A DNA stretch of 37,688 nucleotides from a virus (Duplodnaviria; Heunggongvirae; Uroviricota; Caudoviricetes): positions 1-37,688 of IMG/VR virus record IMGVR_UViG_3300032038_000024. The stretch is one strand, 5' to 3'. Made by a program: the position numbers and the translations under genes. This document shows, piece by piece, positions 9,020 through 18,266 of the stretch (position 1 is the stretch's first letter; each line of letters opens with the position of its first letter). A model generated the notes under the pieces. It was not told where the DNA came from. It worked only from the letters and a program-made list of their open reading frames with translations, and did not search any database.

Positions 9020-10159
9020 TTAAAAACCTATTTTTCTTGTGTTTGTTTTTGAGAAGTCATTTTCATCATCAATATTATAAATCTCTGCTAATGACATATC
9101 TTTATCAACATCATATCCAAGTATCTTTGAAACCTTTTCTTTTGCAAGTTTCTTAAATTCATATTTAAGTGAAAGACGACCTTTACGAAGTAATGCTTTA
9201 TCAATTTTTGATAATGATGTATTAAAAGTACAAATCAATTTAATTCCTAATACATCAGCAATAACACCATCTGTTATGTTTAACAAAACTGGCATAACGG
9301 GATTATAACCTTCATTACGATCTTTTAATGCTTTTTCACAATCTTCCAATATAAATACTGTATTCTGATTATCAAGGAAATAAGACATCAATTTATCTTG
9401 AGCAGCATTTGCTAATATTGTACCATCCATAAATACAAATGATACTGTTTTGAATTTTGATATAAGATGTTTAATCAATGATGTCTTGCCTGTACCTGGT
9501 TCTCCATAGAAGAATAACAATTCTGCCTTGTCTTCAGATTCCATTAACTTACAAATCTTTTCATAAGGGAAGTCATCATTATAATTCTTTTCGACATCAA
9601 TGTTTTTATCTTCATAATCATACCATGATGTATAGATATTATTTGATGCATCAATTGCAGCAATGCCAAATTCTATTTTATCTTTCTTTGTAGATTGAAC
9701 ACAATTCTTTTTAAGCATTTCCATAATTGGTTCAATGTCTTCAGCTTGACAAAATACTTCCTCATAAAAGTCAGCCATTTCTGCATCTTGCGATAATGTT
9801 ATATTCATTAAAAAATTATGAGGAAACTTACAAGAATCCCCATAATGTAAATACATTGAAGACCCTCCTAATACAAGATATTCATGAGGTGAATAACAAA
9901 ATATTTCTAATTCATAACGTTCTTGTTGTTTCTTTAAATTTTGTAAAAGAACGCGACAGTCAATTTTGTATTTCATTTCTTTACGAATTTCAAAGAACAA
10001 TTCAGATGAATGTTGATAATGTAATTCACCATCATTCCCATAATAGATTCTATAACATTGTGGGAGCTGATGATATATAGACATATACATAGCTCCCAGA
10101 TAATCGTCTGTATGTGAATTAAAATTCTTAAATAATTGGATAATATCTGATGTTGTCAT
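9020..10159 (-). CDS. AAA+ ATPase with unknown N-terminal domain
   Basis: Walker A YGEPGTGKT, Walker B VFILEDCE, sensor/SRH TFNT...IDKALLRKGRL, C-terminal IGF. Confidence 0.9.
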   Translation of the reverse strand: MTTSDIIQLFKNFNSHTDDYLGAMYMSIYHQLPQCYRIYYGNDGELHYQHSSELFFEIRKEMKYKIDCRVLLQNLKKQQERYELEIFCYSPHEYLVLGGSSMYLHYGDSCKFPHNFLMNITLSQDAEMADFYEEVFCQAEDIEPIMEMLKKNCVQSTKKDKIEFGIAAIDASNNIYTSWYDYEDKNIDVEKNYNDDFPYEKICKLMESEDKAELLFFYGEPGTGKTSLIKHLISKFKTVSFVFMDGTILANAAQDKLMSYFLDNQNTVFILEDCEKALKDRNEGYNPVMPVLLNITDGVIADVLGIKLICTFNTSLSKIDKALLRKGRLSLKYEFKKLAKEKVSKILGYDVDKDMSLAEIYNIDDENDFSKTNTRKIGF

Positions 10160-10237
10160 TTATCTTAATGTATAGTTTTTGTATATTATTGTAAAAAAAT
10201 TAAATATTATTAATTGTAATTAATATAGTTTAAATTT

Positions 10238-10245
10238 TACATTTG
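10238..10245 (+). promoter_or_regulatory. Bacteroidetes-type -7 box upstream of recA
   Basis: TACATTTG (TAnnTTTG) ending 7 nt before the recA ATG, in a divergent intergenic region. Confidence 0.55.
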
Positions 10246-10252
10246 TTCAAAC

Positions 10253-11305
10253 ATGGCTAAAAAAGACGTAATTGAAAAGGAATTTGGAATAGATAATGAA
10301 CTTGAATCTGTGTTGAAGGAAATTAAAAAGCAATACGGAGAAGGCACCGTTATGCTTTTAGGAGAATCAGACGTAATGGATATTGAAGCTATTCCTTCCG
10401 GTTCATTGTCTTTAGATGTTGCTTTAGGTATTGGGGGATATCCTAAAGGAAGAATTGTTGAAATATATGGACCTGAAAGTTGCGGTAAGACAACACTTGC
10501 AATTCATGCTGTTGCTGAAGCACAAAAAATGGGTCTTAAGGCTGCATACATTGATGCAGAAAATGCATTCGATAGAGATTATGCAGCTGCTCTTGGAGTT
10601 AATGTAGATACATTATTGTTTGCTCAACCTGACTGTGGTGAAGACTGTTTAGAAATTGCAACAAAGTTAATAGGTTCTGGTAAAATAGGAATTTGCGTTA
10701 TTGACTCTGTTGCTGCATTAATACCTAAAGCAGAATTAGAAGGTGCTATGGGAGATGCAAGAATTGGTCTTCAAGCAAGATTAATGTCACAAGCATTACG
10801 TAAGATGGTAGGTATTATAAAAAAGTCAAACTGCTTATGTATATTCATTAATCAAATTAGAGAAAAGATTGGTGTATTATTTGGTAATCCTGAAACAACA
10901 ACTGGTGGTAATGCTTTAAAATTCTATGCATCAATAAGATTAGAAGTAAGAAAATCAACTGCTGTTAAAGATGGAGAAGAAGCAATTGCAAACTTAACAA
11001 AAGTAAAGGTTGTAAAAAATAAATGCGCACCACCATTTAGAAAAGCAGAATTTGAAATTGTGTTTGGTAAAGGCATTAATAGATTTGGAGAAATAATAGA
11101 TAAATCAATTGAATATGATATCATACACAAATCAGGATCTTGGTTCAGTTATGGAGAAGTAAAACTTGGACAAGGCAAACAAGCTGTTATTGATTTATTA
11201 AATGATAATCCTGAATTATTGGAAGAAATAGAACAAAAAGTTATAGATGTTATTTCAAACAAGCCTAAAGATGGAGCGTATGAATTAGACGATATACTAA
11301 AATAA
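10253..11305 (+). CDS. recA: Recombinase RecA (bacterial type)
   Basis: [72 protein letters not shown]. Confidence 0.97.
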   Translation: MAKKDVIEKEFGIDNELESVLKEIKKQYGEGTVMLLGESDVMDIEAIPSGSLSLDVALGIGGYPKGRIVEIYGPESCGKTTLAIHAVAEAQKMGLKAAYIDAENAFDRDYAAALGVNVDTLLFAQPDCGEDCLEIATKLIGSGKIGICVIDSVAALIPKAELEGAMGDARIGLQARLMSQALRKMVGIIKKSNCLCIFINQIREKIGVLFGNPETTTGGNALKFYASIRLEVRKSTAVKDGEEAIANLTKVKVVKNKCAPPFRKAEFEIVFGKGINRFGEIIDKSIEYDIIHKSGSWFSYGEVKLGQGKQAVIDLLNDNPELLEEIEQKVIDVISNKPKDGAYELDDILK

Positions 11306-11322
11306 ATTAATATATAGAGATT

Positions 11323-11718
11323 ATGTATTTTAAAATTAAATTAAATAGAAATGTTTATCTTCATGGTAGAGATAAACGAGTTATTGAAACATATTTTACA
11401 GAAGGACAACATTTTGCTGATGCAGGAATGAAAGTTATCAAAGGACTTGGAACTGATATTGAAGTTGAAGATGTTTGTTTAATGAAGAATTTCAAACCTG
11501 CAGCAAATGAATGGTATGAAGATAGTAAAATATTTGCAGTAAAGGTAGCTGAAGATATATTTGGAGAAGATGGTACAATAAAGACAGTTAAATATTCTTT
11601 ACCTGTATTTGCAAAAACAAGTGATGAAGTTCATGAAATAATGAAAAACTATATTGCACAAGGTTTAGAGAATATGAGAATCACCACGATCTCCGAAACA
11701 AAGTGGATTTGGATATGA
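11323..11718 (+). CDS. Hypothetical protein, possibly DUF4494-like (131 aa)
   Basis: Two-lobed pattern with ETYF...FADA and ITTISETK resembling Bacteroidetes DUF4494 from memory; needs HMM confirmation. Confidence 0.5.
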   Translation: MYFKIKLNRNVYLHGRDKRVIETYFTEGQHFADAGMKVIKGLGTDIEVEDVCLMKNFKPAANEWYEDSKIFAVKVAEDIFGEDGTIKTVKYSLPVFAKTSDEVHEIMKNYIAQGLENMRITTISETKWIWI

Positions 11719-12203
11719 TAGAATACATTGAACTTGCGGCAAAATTTATTTCACTATTATCATCAGATGATATTAAAAAAATGTTTTCAATTGAAGAACT
11801 TGAAACATTTGAAATATGGGGTAATTATAATGTATTTATAAAATCTTTAGAAAACCCTCGTAGTGAAATGTGTCGAATAAGAAACATATATATTAACAAT
11901 CATATAATGAAACAATTAAATATGAATATGTATTTAATTGGAAAAATAAGTCGTTGGAGATTATATAAAAGATATTGGATTATAACAAAAACACTTTGGA
12001 CATATAGAACAGATTTAAGTATAATATCATGGTTACAATTGTTATTCGTAAAATTAAGAAAAATATCACGATGGAGTTTTCAATTGGATTTGAAAGAATA
12101 TTGGAATAACCAAGATTCAAATAACAAATTAATTGAAAGAATATTTAATGATAAAACAATTGATGAATTATATTTATACAAAATAAAGAAGGAACCTAAA
12201 TAG
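11715..12203 (+). CDS. Hypothetical protein (162 aa from ATG 11715)
   Basis: ATGA overlap with the upstream stop; the track's GTG 11703 start is less likely. Confidence 0.65.
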   Translation: MIEYIELAAKFISLLSSDDIKKMFSIEELETFEIWGNYNVFIKSLENPRSEMCRIRNIYINNHIMKQLNMNMYLIGKISRWRLYKRYWIITKTLWTYRTDLSIISWLQLLFVKLRKISRWSFQLDLKEYWNNQDSNNKLIERIFNDKTIDELYLYKIKKEPK

Positions 12204-12210
12204 GTTCCTT
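12189..12210. terminator. Bidirectional terminator between convergent genes
   Basis: AAGGAACCTA-AA-TAGGTTCCTT with A/T-rich flanks. Confidence 0.8.
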
Positions 12211-12213
12211 TTA

Positions 12214-12510
12214 TTATTGTATATGTAAATATTTTTTTCCTGATTTTTCAAAAACTTTCTCTGGCATTACATTATAATATGTACCATGTTTTTCATCTTC
12301 AAATTCAATAATTACATCATTTTGATGAACATCTAATTCTCTTTGTGCTCCCAAATATGAAAATTGTAATTTATATTCAAACCAATGTGGGATTCCTTTT
12401 TCTGCATTCCCTTCTCTTATTTGTTCAATTTTCAGTTCTCCATTTGTTAGAAACTTTTTTACTTCATCAGTATTTAAACCATCAAATTTAATGTATTTAT
12501 TTGACTTCAT
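12214..12510 (-). CDS. Hypothetical protein (98 aa)
   Basis: ORF track. Confidence 0.75.
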   Translation of the reverse strand: MKSNKYIKFDGLNTDEVKKFLTNGELKIEQIREGNAEKGIPHWFEYKLQFSYLGAQRELDVHQNDVIIEFEDEKHGTYYNVMPEKVFEKSGKKYLHIQ

Positions 12511-12538
12511 ACATATTTACATAGATATATTTATTATA

Positions 12539-12754
12539 TTAAAGTTTTCTGAGTTGTTCAATTGTTACTCTAAAATAAGCTCTGTTTCCACTTGATACAT
12601 ATATATCATTTTCTTTATGACGTTCAATTGCATCTTTTATTGCATCTTCACGTTCATCAATTATATCATGATATTTTGATTTTCTTTTTTGATATACATA
12701 ATAATGACAATCTCCCCATGCCATATTATGACCAGTACCAACTCTTATATACAT
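12539..12754 (-). CDS. Hypothetical protein (71 aa)
   Basis: TAATG 1-nt overlap with the topoisomerase stop. Confidence 0.7.
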   Translation of the reverse strand: MYIRVGTGHNMAWGDCHYYVYQKRKSKYHDIIDEREDAIKDAIERHKENDIYVSSGNRAYFRVTIEQLRKL

Positions 12755-14136
12755 TACTTAAAATCCTTTTCAATTTCTTTCTTTAAATTATTCAAGTCAT
12801 TCAAATACATTTGTTTTTCGGTTGTATTCTTAATATATTCGAGTTCCTTTTTCATTGATTCATTTTGTTTAAGCAATTCATCTCTTTCCTCAATAGTAAC
12901 TTTTGACATTGGTGTACTTATCAATTCCATTGGAAGTTTATAATTATCCATGTCAACCTTGATGTCTGCTTTTGCTCTATTACGAATTTTAAGTTTACCT
13001 TTACATACAAGTTCAATAAACTTTACTAATTCGTCATTCTTTTTAATTCTTTCTTCAAGAATTTTTACAAGTTTCTTTTTACGTTCAGTATAAATACTCA
13101 AACGATAAAGTGTAAAGTATTCAATTACTTCATTCTTATTTGCAAAGTTCTTCAACTTATGATTCTCATCAAGAAGCCAAAGTAAATCATCAGGAAGCTG
13201 TTTAATCAATTTGAATTTATTTGCAATTCGTTTTCCTGAACGATCCTTTTTCATTTCAATTGCAAGTTGTTTCTTAGGAAAGAAAATTTCATAATTGACA
13301 CCACCATCTGTTGACTTATTTTTCCATTCCTTTATATAATCTTCATCCTTGTACTTATAAAGTAATTTTTCAAAATCTTCATATGATACATCAGCTGGAA
13401 GGTCAGTAACTATCATCAAGTCTTTTGATTGATTAAGTTTCCATTCTCCATAATTAAACCATGTACCTTCTTCAAATCTCCAATTCTCCTTTTTAATACC
13501 TTTAAGATAAGGACGAACAACAGTTTTTATTTTATCTTTCTTATCTATACGAGCATTCAATACTTCTTTACAAGCTTCAATAATATCAATTGGATCATAT
13601 GCCTGATTGTGCATTGAATAACCTACAGCAACACCAATATTATTCTTACATAGAACTGTTGGTATGATTGGAAGATATGTCATAGGTTCAACATACTGTC
13701 CTTCTTCAAATACAAAATCTAACAAGTCATAATCAGTCTTATAGATTAAGTCCATATACTTTGAATGCTTAACATAAAGATAACGAGGAGCACCAGCAGA
13801 ATCAGGATCTCTCAATGAACCTACCTGAGAGTCAGATTCAAGTGGATTTAAATTATCTGTAAATGTTCGACACATTCTTACAATTGTATCGTTAAGTGAT
13901 GCATCACCATGTGCATATAATGATACTCGCATTGCATCACCAGACAATGCTAACAATTTATATAGTTTACCATCTTTTGTTGTACCTGCAAGACTTGCAT
14001 GCATAATCTTACGAGCACCTGGTTTAAATCCATCAATAACAGATGGTATAGCACGTTCCTCTAATACAGAAAATGCATAATTAAGATATTCTGTATTTAA
14101 GAAATTTGTTATTGTTCTTTTAGTAATCTTTTCCAT
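12754..14136 (-). CDS. Type IIA DNA topoisomerase cleavage subunit (T4 gp52/GyrA-like, no C-terminal pinwheel)
   Basis: ERAIPSVIDGFKPGARK, YAHGDAS, catalytic APRY, GIAVG-like GVAVGYS; 460 aa. Confidence 0.93.
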   Translation of the reverse strand: MEKITKRTITNFLNTEYLNYAFSVLEERAIPSVIDGFKPGARKIMHASLAGTTKDGKLYKLLALSGDAMRVSLYAHGDASLNDTIVRMCRTFTDNLNPLESDSQVGSLRDPDSAGAPRYLYVKHSKYMDLIYKTDYDLLDFVFEEGQYVEPMTYLPIIPTVLCKNNIGVAVGYSMHNQAYDPIDIIEACKEVLNARIDKKDKIKTVVRPYLKGIKKENWRFEEGTWFNYGEWKLNQSKDLMIVTDLPADVSYEDFEKLLYKYKDEDYIKEWKNKSTDGGVNYEIFFPKKQLAIEMKKDRSGKRIANKFKLIKQLPDDLLWLLDENHKLKNFANKNEVIEYFTLYRLSIYTERKKKLVKILEERIKKNDELVKFIELVCKGKLKIRNRAKADIKVDMDNYKLPMELISTPMSKVTIEERDELLKQNESMKKELEYIKNTTEKQMYLNDLNNLKKEIEKDFK

Positions 14137-14708
14137 TACAAGTATTTAATATTTATAAATCGTTCATCGAAAACATCATTTGTTAACCATGCACCACCGC
14201 TTCCTTCAGATTCAGAAATAGACCAATCAGATGGCTTTAACATGCCGACCCAAATATTTTTAATAGTTAAATCTTCATCAGCATTTTTTGGCTTATTAAA
14301 TGCAGTAAAAATATAAAAATGAAATTCATCTTCTTTATATTTACTACCTTTGCCTTTACCTGCATTTGTTTTCGCACCATTAATTCTTTGGTTTTTATTA
14401 CATGTCGTTTTACCCTCAGTATTATAAAATGGATCTAATAAACACATACAATCAGCATCTTTTGTATCATTGCCTTTTGTAAATTCTAATCCTTTGTTGT
14501 TATTTTGTGTCAAATATAATGGTATCAACCCATCAGATATATTACCTATTAATGTACCGAATGAAGATTGTTTAATTAAAATTTCCTTAAATTGTTTATC
14601 AGTTTTGTTTAAATTGTCATTAATAAAATTTGTAACTCCATTAACTGCACTTAATACATCAATAGTCTTTACATATTTTTTTACATTTTCTAAAATTTGT
14701 TTATTCAT
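14136..14708 (-). CDS. ScaI-like PD-(D/E)xK endonuclease, free-standing
   Basis: IGN..DGLIPL / KDAD / NTEGKTT / FYIF..F.K / IWVGML..SDW pattern resembles the ScaI restriction endonuclease family from memory. Confidence 0.55.
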   Translation of the reverse strand: MNKQILENVKKYVKTIDVLSAVNGVTNFINDNLNKTDKQFKEILIKQSSFGTLIGNISDGLIPLYLTQNNNKGLEFTKGNDTKDADCMCLLDPFYNTEGKTTCNKNQRINGAKTNAGKGKGSKYKEDEFHFYIFTAFNKPKNADEDLTIKNIWVGMLKPSDWSISESEGSGGAWLTNDVFDERFINIKYL

Positions 14709-14714
14709 AATTAT

Positions 14715-16607
14715 TTAACTATTTAACATTTGCTTACGTGTTTCAGAATCTCCTTTTGCAAACCATTTTCTAAACATACTGTCTGCAGCTTCATCTTTTT
14801 TGAAATACAAGAATTTTGGTTCTTGATACATTTCTTTTGATTCTTGATTTGAAAGACCACCAAGTCCTTTTGCATATTTATGAGAATAACCTTTAAGTTT
14901 TTTCTCTTCAGATTTGAACTCTTCCATTGTATAGAATTTCTTACAATCTTTTCCTTTTCTTGATATGATAATAGGAGATATACTTCTGCATACAATTCCT
15001 TTTTCAATCAATTCTGGCCAATTGTTAAAGAATAATAACAATAAACTTGCGATCTTATCACCGTCAACATCAGCATCAGTTGAAATAACAATCTTACCGA
15101 AATTAAGTTCATTTATATCGAACTCTTTACCCCACTTCAATCCAAGAATTGTTACAATATCATTAAATACTTCATTCTTCATAATTTGAAGTGGAGTCAT
15201 TCCATAACAATTCAAAGGTACACCTCTCATTGTATAACCTGCTTGAATATCTGGGTTACGACCACCACGGAAACCTGCCTTAGCAGAATCTCCCTCAAAT
15301 ATCCAAAGTTGTCGGTCATTCTTTTTTCTAGATGAACAAGTAATATATTTGTCAGGACGTTTTAATCCTTTATTAGTTTCTCTATTTATTTTACGAAGTG
15401 CCTTTTCATCTTCAGCAGCAGTCTTTTGTTTATACCAATCTCTTACTAATGAAACAATTTCAGACTTAATAATCTTATTTAAGAATTTTTCATTGACCTC
15501 CCATTTGATTTTTTCATCTTTTGCAAACTTTTCAATTGGAGTTGTCAATGTATCTTTAGTCTGTGAATCGTATGAAGGATTTGATACATTAATATTTATA
15601 AATACACTATACTTATTATCAACACCACGAGTTGTCAAATCTTTAATCTTATCTTTCTTTGTAATGTAATCAACAACTGCTTGATTAATTTCATTTCGTA
15701 ATGCTCTCATGTGTGTACCTTTTGAACATTCTGCACCATTAACAAACCCAACATCAACTGAGCTGTCTGGGAATATTAATGCAGTACATAAATCATTTTC
15801 AAAAGGAATCTTATCTGCTATATTAAGTATATTAGAATACAAATCAATATATTCATCAAGCTTTTTAAACTTCCATTCAATATCTTCTCCACCACAATTG
15901 AATATAACTTTTAATCCTGGATTAGCTGCTGCAGCATCAATGCATCTTTTATGAATAATATTGATAAAATCATCATCGAAAGTTTTCAAGTTAGTTTCAA
16001 ATCTTGAAAAGTCGAGTCTGAATCTTGTTTGTGTATAGTGAGTCGTTTTTCCACATTTGGTAACTTTCAAATCATCATTAAGTTTCTCCATATTGTTTGA
16101 CCATGAACGATGAAACTCATTCTTACCATCTGCTGACTCAATTTCAAAAAATGTGGAAAATACATTACACAAAGCCGAACCTACACCATTTGTTCCTATT
16201 ACATTTCTATCTTCGGTATCATCATAGTTTGAAGATGTTCTTAAACGTCCAAATATAAATTCAGGAACATATACTCCTGCTTCTTTATGTTTAACAATAG
16301 GAATACCACCATTATCTCTTACAATGATTTCTCCGTTATCTTTATTCATTACAACACGAAGTTCAGTCAATCCCATATTGTCTTTACGTCTAAATTCATC
16401 ACAAGAGTTAGAAATAACCTCATCTACAACTTTAAGCATTGCAGGAATATAATTTGTAATCTTCATTTCAAATTTTCCTGTCTTACTATTATAAATAAAA
16501 GAATCCTTTTCTTCGGATTTTGTTGATCCTACCCACATTCCTGGTCGGTTCAATATATGCTGTGTTTCTGATAACTCTTGATATTTCTCTTCAATCTTTT
16601 TTGCCAT
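14715..16607 (-). CDS. Type IIA DNA topoisomerase ATPase-TOPRIM subunit (T4 gp39+gp60 fused/GyrB-like)
   Basis: HILNRPGMWVGS, DEVISNSCDE, DNGGIP, GTNGVGS, IFEGDSA, RGVPLN, DADVDG, KGLG. Confidence 0.95.
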   Translation of the reverse strand: MAKKIEEKYQELSETQHILNRPGMWVGSTKSEEKDSFIYNSKTGKFEMKITNYIPAMLKVVDEVISNSCDEFRRKDNMGLTELRVVMNKDNGEIIVRDNGGIPIVKHKEAGVYVPEFIFGRLRTSSNYDDTEDRNVIGTNGVGSALCNVFSTFFEIESADGKNEFHRSWSNNMEKLNDDLKVTKCGKTTHYTQTRFRLDFSRFETNLKTFDDDFINIIHKRCIDAAAANPGLKVIFNCGGEDIEWKFKKLDEYIDLYSNILNIADKIPFENDLCTALIFPDSSVDVGFVNGAECSKGTHMRALRNEINQAVVDYITKKDKIKDLTTRGVDNKYSVFININVSNPSYDSQTKDTLTTPIEKFAKDEKIKWEVNEKFLNKIIKSEIVSLVRDWYKQKTAAEDEKALRKINRETNKGLKRPDKYITCSSRKKNDRQLWIFEGDSAKAGFRGGRNPDIQAGYTMRGVPLNCYGMTPLQIMKNEVFNDIVTILGLKWGKEFDINELNFGKIVISTDADVDGDKIASLLLLFFNNWPELIEKGIVCRSISPIIISRKGKDCKKFYTMEEFKSEEKKLKGYSHKYAKGLGGLSNQESKEMYQEPKFLYFKKDEAADSMFRKWFAKGDSETRKQMLNS

Positions 16608-16807
16608 TATTTACAATGTTTTGTTTTTATTATGTAACAGTCTTCAATTTTCATTCCAATAATTTCCATTAATTGTTGTTTCATTGACTGAAATTCTTCT
16701 TCTCCAAATTCGTTAATTTTTCTCCAAAAGAACAAATGATGCCGCTCATAAGCAACATAATGAGGTTCATTATATACCTCTGTTTTTATTATCTTATAAT
16801 CCTTCAT
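16607..16807 (-). CDS. Small hypothetical protein (66 aa) at the head of the topoisomerase gene run
   Basis: TAATG overlap with the topoisomerase ATG. Confidence 0.7.
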   Translation of the reverse strand: MKDYKIIKTEVYNEPHYVAYERHHLFFWRKINEFGEEEFQSMKQQLMEIIGMKIEDCYIIKTKHCK

Positions 16808-16861
16808 AACTATACTTAATATAGAAACAAATCTATATAATTAAATATAGTTATGAAGGAT
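16799..16861 (-). promoter_or_regulatory. Long hairpin sequestering the start codon at 16807, with a -7 box in its loop
   Basis: 16799-16814 is perfectly complementary to 16846-16861 (16 bp), extending to 21 bp with one G.U; TAGATTTG on the minus strand at 16835-16828. Confidence 0.7.
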
Positions 16862-16874
16862 AAATTTTTCTAAA

Positions 16875-17639
16875 TTAAGCGAAGCGCCATTCCTTCACAA
16901 TAGCAATATTATTTCCAGCGAGCTCGTATTTCTCAATAAGAATCTGCTTGTTCTTTACACGCTTTGCGTTTCCCTTCTTGTCAATTGGATATCCCCAAGT
17001 CATATCCCGATAATAACCCGGCTTGAACTTTTCGAAGCGAAGGGTAATCTCCAGATCATTAATAAAATAATCTCCCATATCATTCAGGTTTTTCTCCATT
17101 GTAACTACAAATGGAATACCCTTTTCAAGACGAGCCTTTCCCTGCATCTCGCGTTCCTCCTGTTCTTTACGGGCTTTTACATCCTCAGGAGAAATCATTC
17201 TTTTCTCAGTTCGTGTTGAAGTTTCTCCGTATCCGTCATCCCATGTATATGTATTTTCAACAACCTCATAACCCTCAGGAACACAAACTGCAGCAATGTT
17301 ATCCATCTGCTCGGTTGTTGCGCAGTTATTATAGAACCACATCATATAACTGTAATCAGTACAAGCGCTGAACAGAATACCACTGTACTTACCAATGTGG
17401 AACTTATTTGGTTCAATAATACGTTTTTCGTAATCCCAACTGCGTGTACGACCACGAAGATCCTCACAATACTCAGCATCGGGATATTTTGCAAGCGCCT
17501 TCTCCTTGTTCATCGAAGCATTGCGAAGAAATACATAGTGCTCAGTCTTATAGTTTATACCACGAGCATCGGTACGATAGGAAACTGAATAATCCCAAAC
17601 AGTATAATACTTACGAGCAAAACCAATTTTAAGTGCCAT
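16875..17639 (-). CDS. Hypothetical protein (254 aa) with an FHIGKYSG...DYSYMMW motif; elevated GC
   Basis: First gene after promoter copy 4; motif resembles the FGKYKG...Y..W (DUF3820/ExoX C-terminal-like) module; 29/60 GC at 17101-17160. Confidence 0.8.
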   Translation of the reverse strand: MALKIGFARKYYTVWDYSVSYRTDARGINYKTEHYVFLRNASMNKEKALAKYPDAEYCEDLRGRTRSWDYEKRIIEPNKFHIGKYSGILFSACTDYSYMMWFYNNCATTEQMDNIAAVCVPEGYEVVENTYTWDDGYGETSTRTEKRMISPEDVKARKEQEEREMQGKARLEKGIPFVVTMEKNLNDMGDYFINDLEITLRFEKFKPGYYRDMTWGYPIDKKGNAKRVKNKQILIEKYELAGNNIAIVKEWRFA

Positions 17640-17654
17640 ATCAATTTATTTTTG

Positions 17655-17739
17655 TTACAAATATAATATAGTACTTTTGATAAAAAATTAAATAATATTA
17701 GAAAAATTATGCTAATTTTCTAAAATTGCATTATATGAA
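17655..17739 (-). promoter_or_regulatory. Conserved bipartite promoter, copy 4, with upstream stem-loop (repeat of 5246-5329)
   Basis: ttacaaatataatatag-tacttttga-taaaaaattaaataatat followed by the shared hairpin segment. Confidence 0.85.
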
Positions 17740-17741
17740 TT

Positions 17742-18266
17742 TTATTTTAATAGTTTATTGTTTTCTTCCTTTTGTATTCTTATTCTTGTTATGGTACTTT
17801 GGAGATCTCTTATAAAATTGTTTACGAGTGTATTATAATGTTTACGAGCATCTTTTTTGTTTACAAAATAATAATGATCTTTTTTGAAACCTAAGCTATG
17901 AATTGCTGCATTTTTATCAATTCTTATTTGGTCTAAATGAATTGTATCTTTGAAAACAATATCTACTGCCTGAGGATCTAATTCTCTACTTGTTGATATA
18001 CCAGTTCCTGCAGGTCTATCACCATTCATTTTCATAAAATGATAATTATGTTCAATATAATAAGGATTTACTTCTTGAACAATTAATTGGTTAATGATAA
18101 AGTACTTATATGAATTTTCATCTCTAAAATCTTCAAAAGATGTAAATTTCATTAATGTTGAATTTTCATGTTCCTCATCAGCTTCGATATTTTTCATCAC
18201 TTGCTCTCTATTGTCTATTAATTCATAAACAATATCTCCAGGTTTTAATTTTCCAAATGTTTTCAT
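17742..18266 (-). CDS. Hypothetical protein (174 aa)
   Basis: TAATG overlap with the sigma gene; N-terminal FGKLKPGDIVY, C-terminal coiled coil. Confidence 0.8.
   Translation of the reverse strand: MKTFGKLKPGDIVYELIDNREQVMKNIEADEEHENSTLMKFTSFEDFRDENSYKYFIINQLIVQEVNPYYIEHNYHFMKMNGDRPAGTGISTSRELDPQAVDIVFKDTIHLDQIRIDKNAAIHSLGFKKDHYYFVNKKDARKHYNTLVNNFIRDLQSTITRIRIQKEENNKLLK

Noticed and set aside
14136-14708. Classical ScaI restriction-modification system
   Set aside because: No methyltransferase nearby and AGTACT occurs at least five times in the window; retained only as an orphan nuclease.
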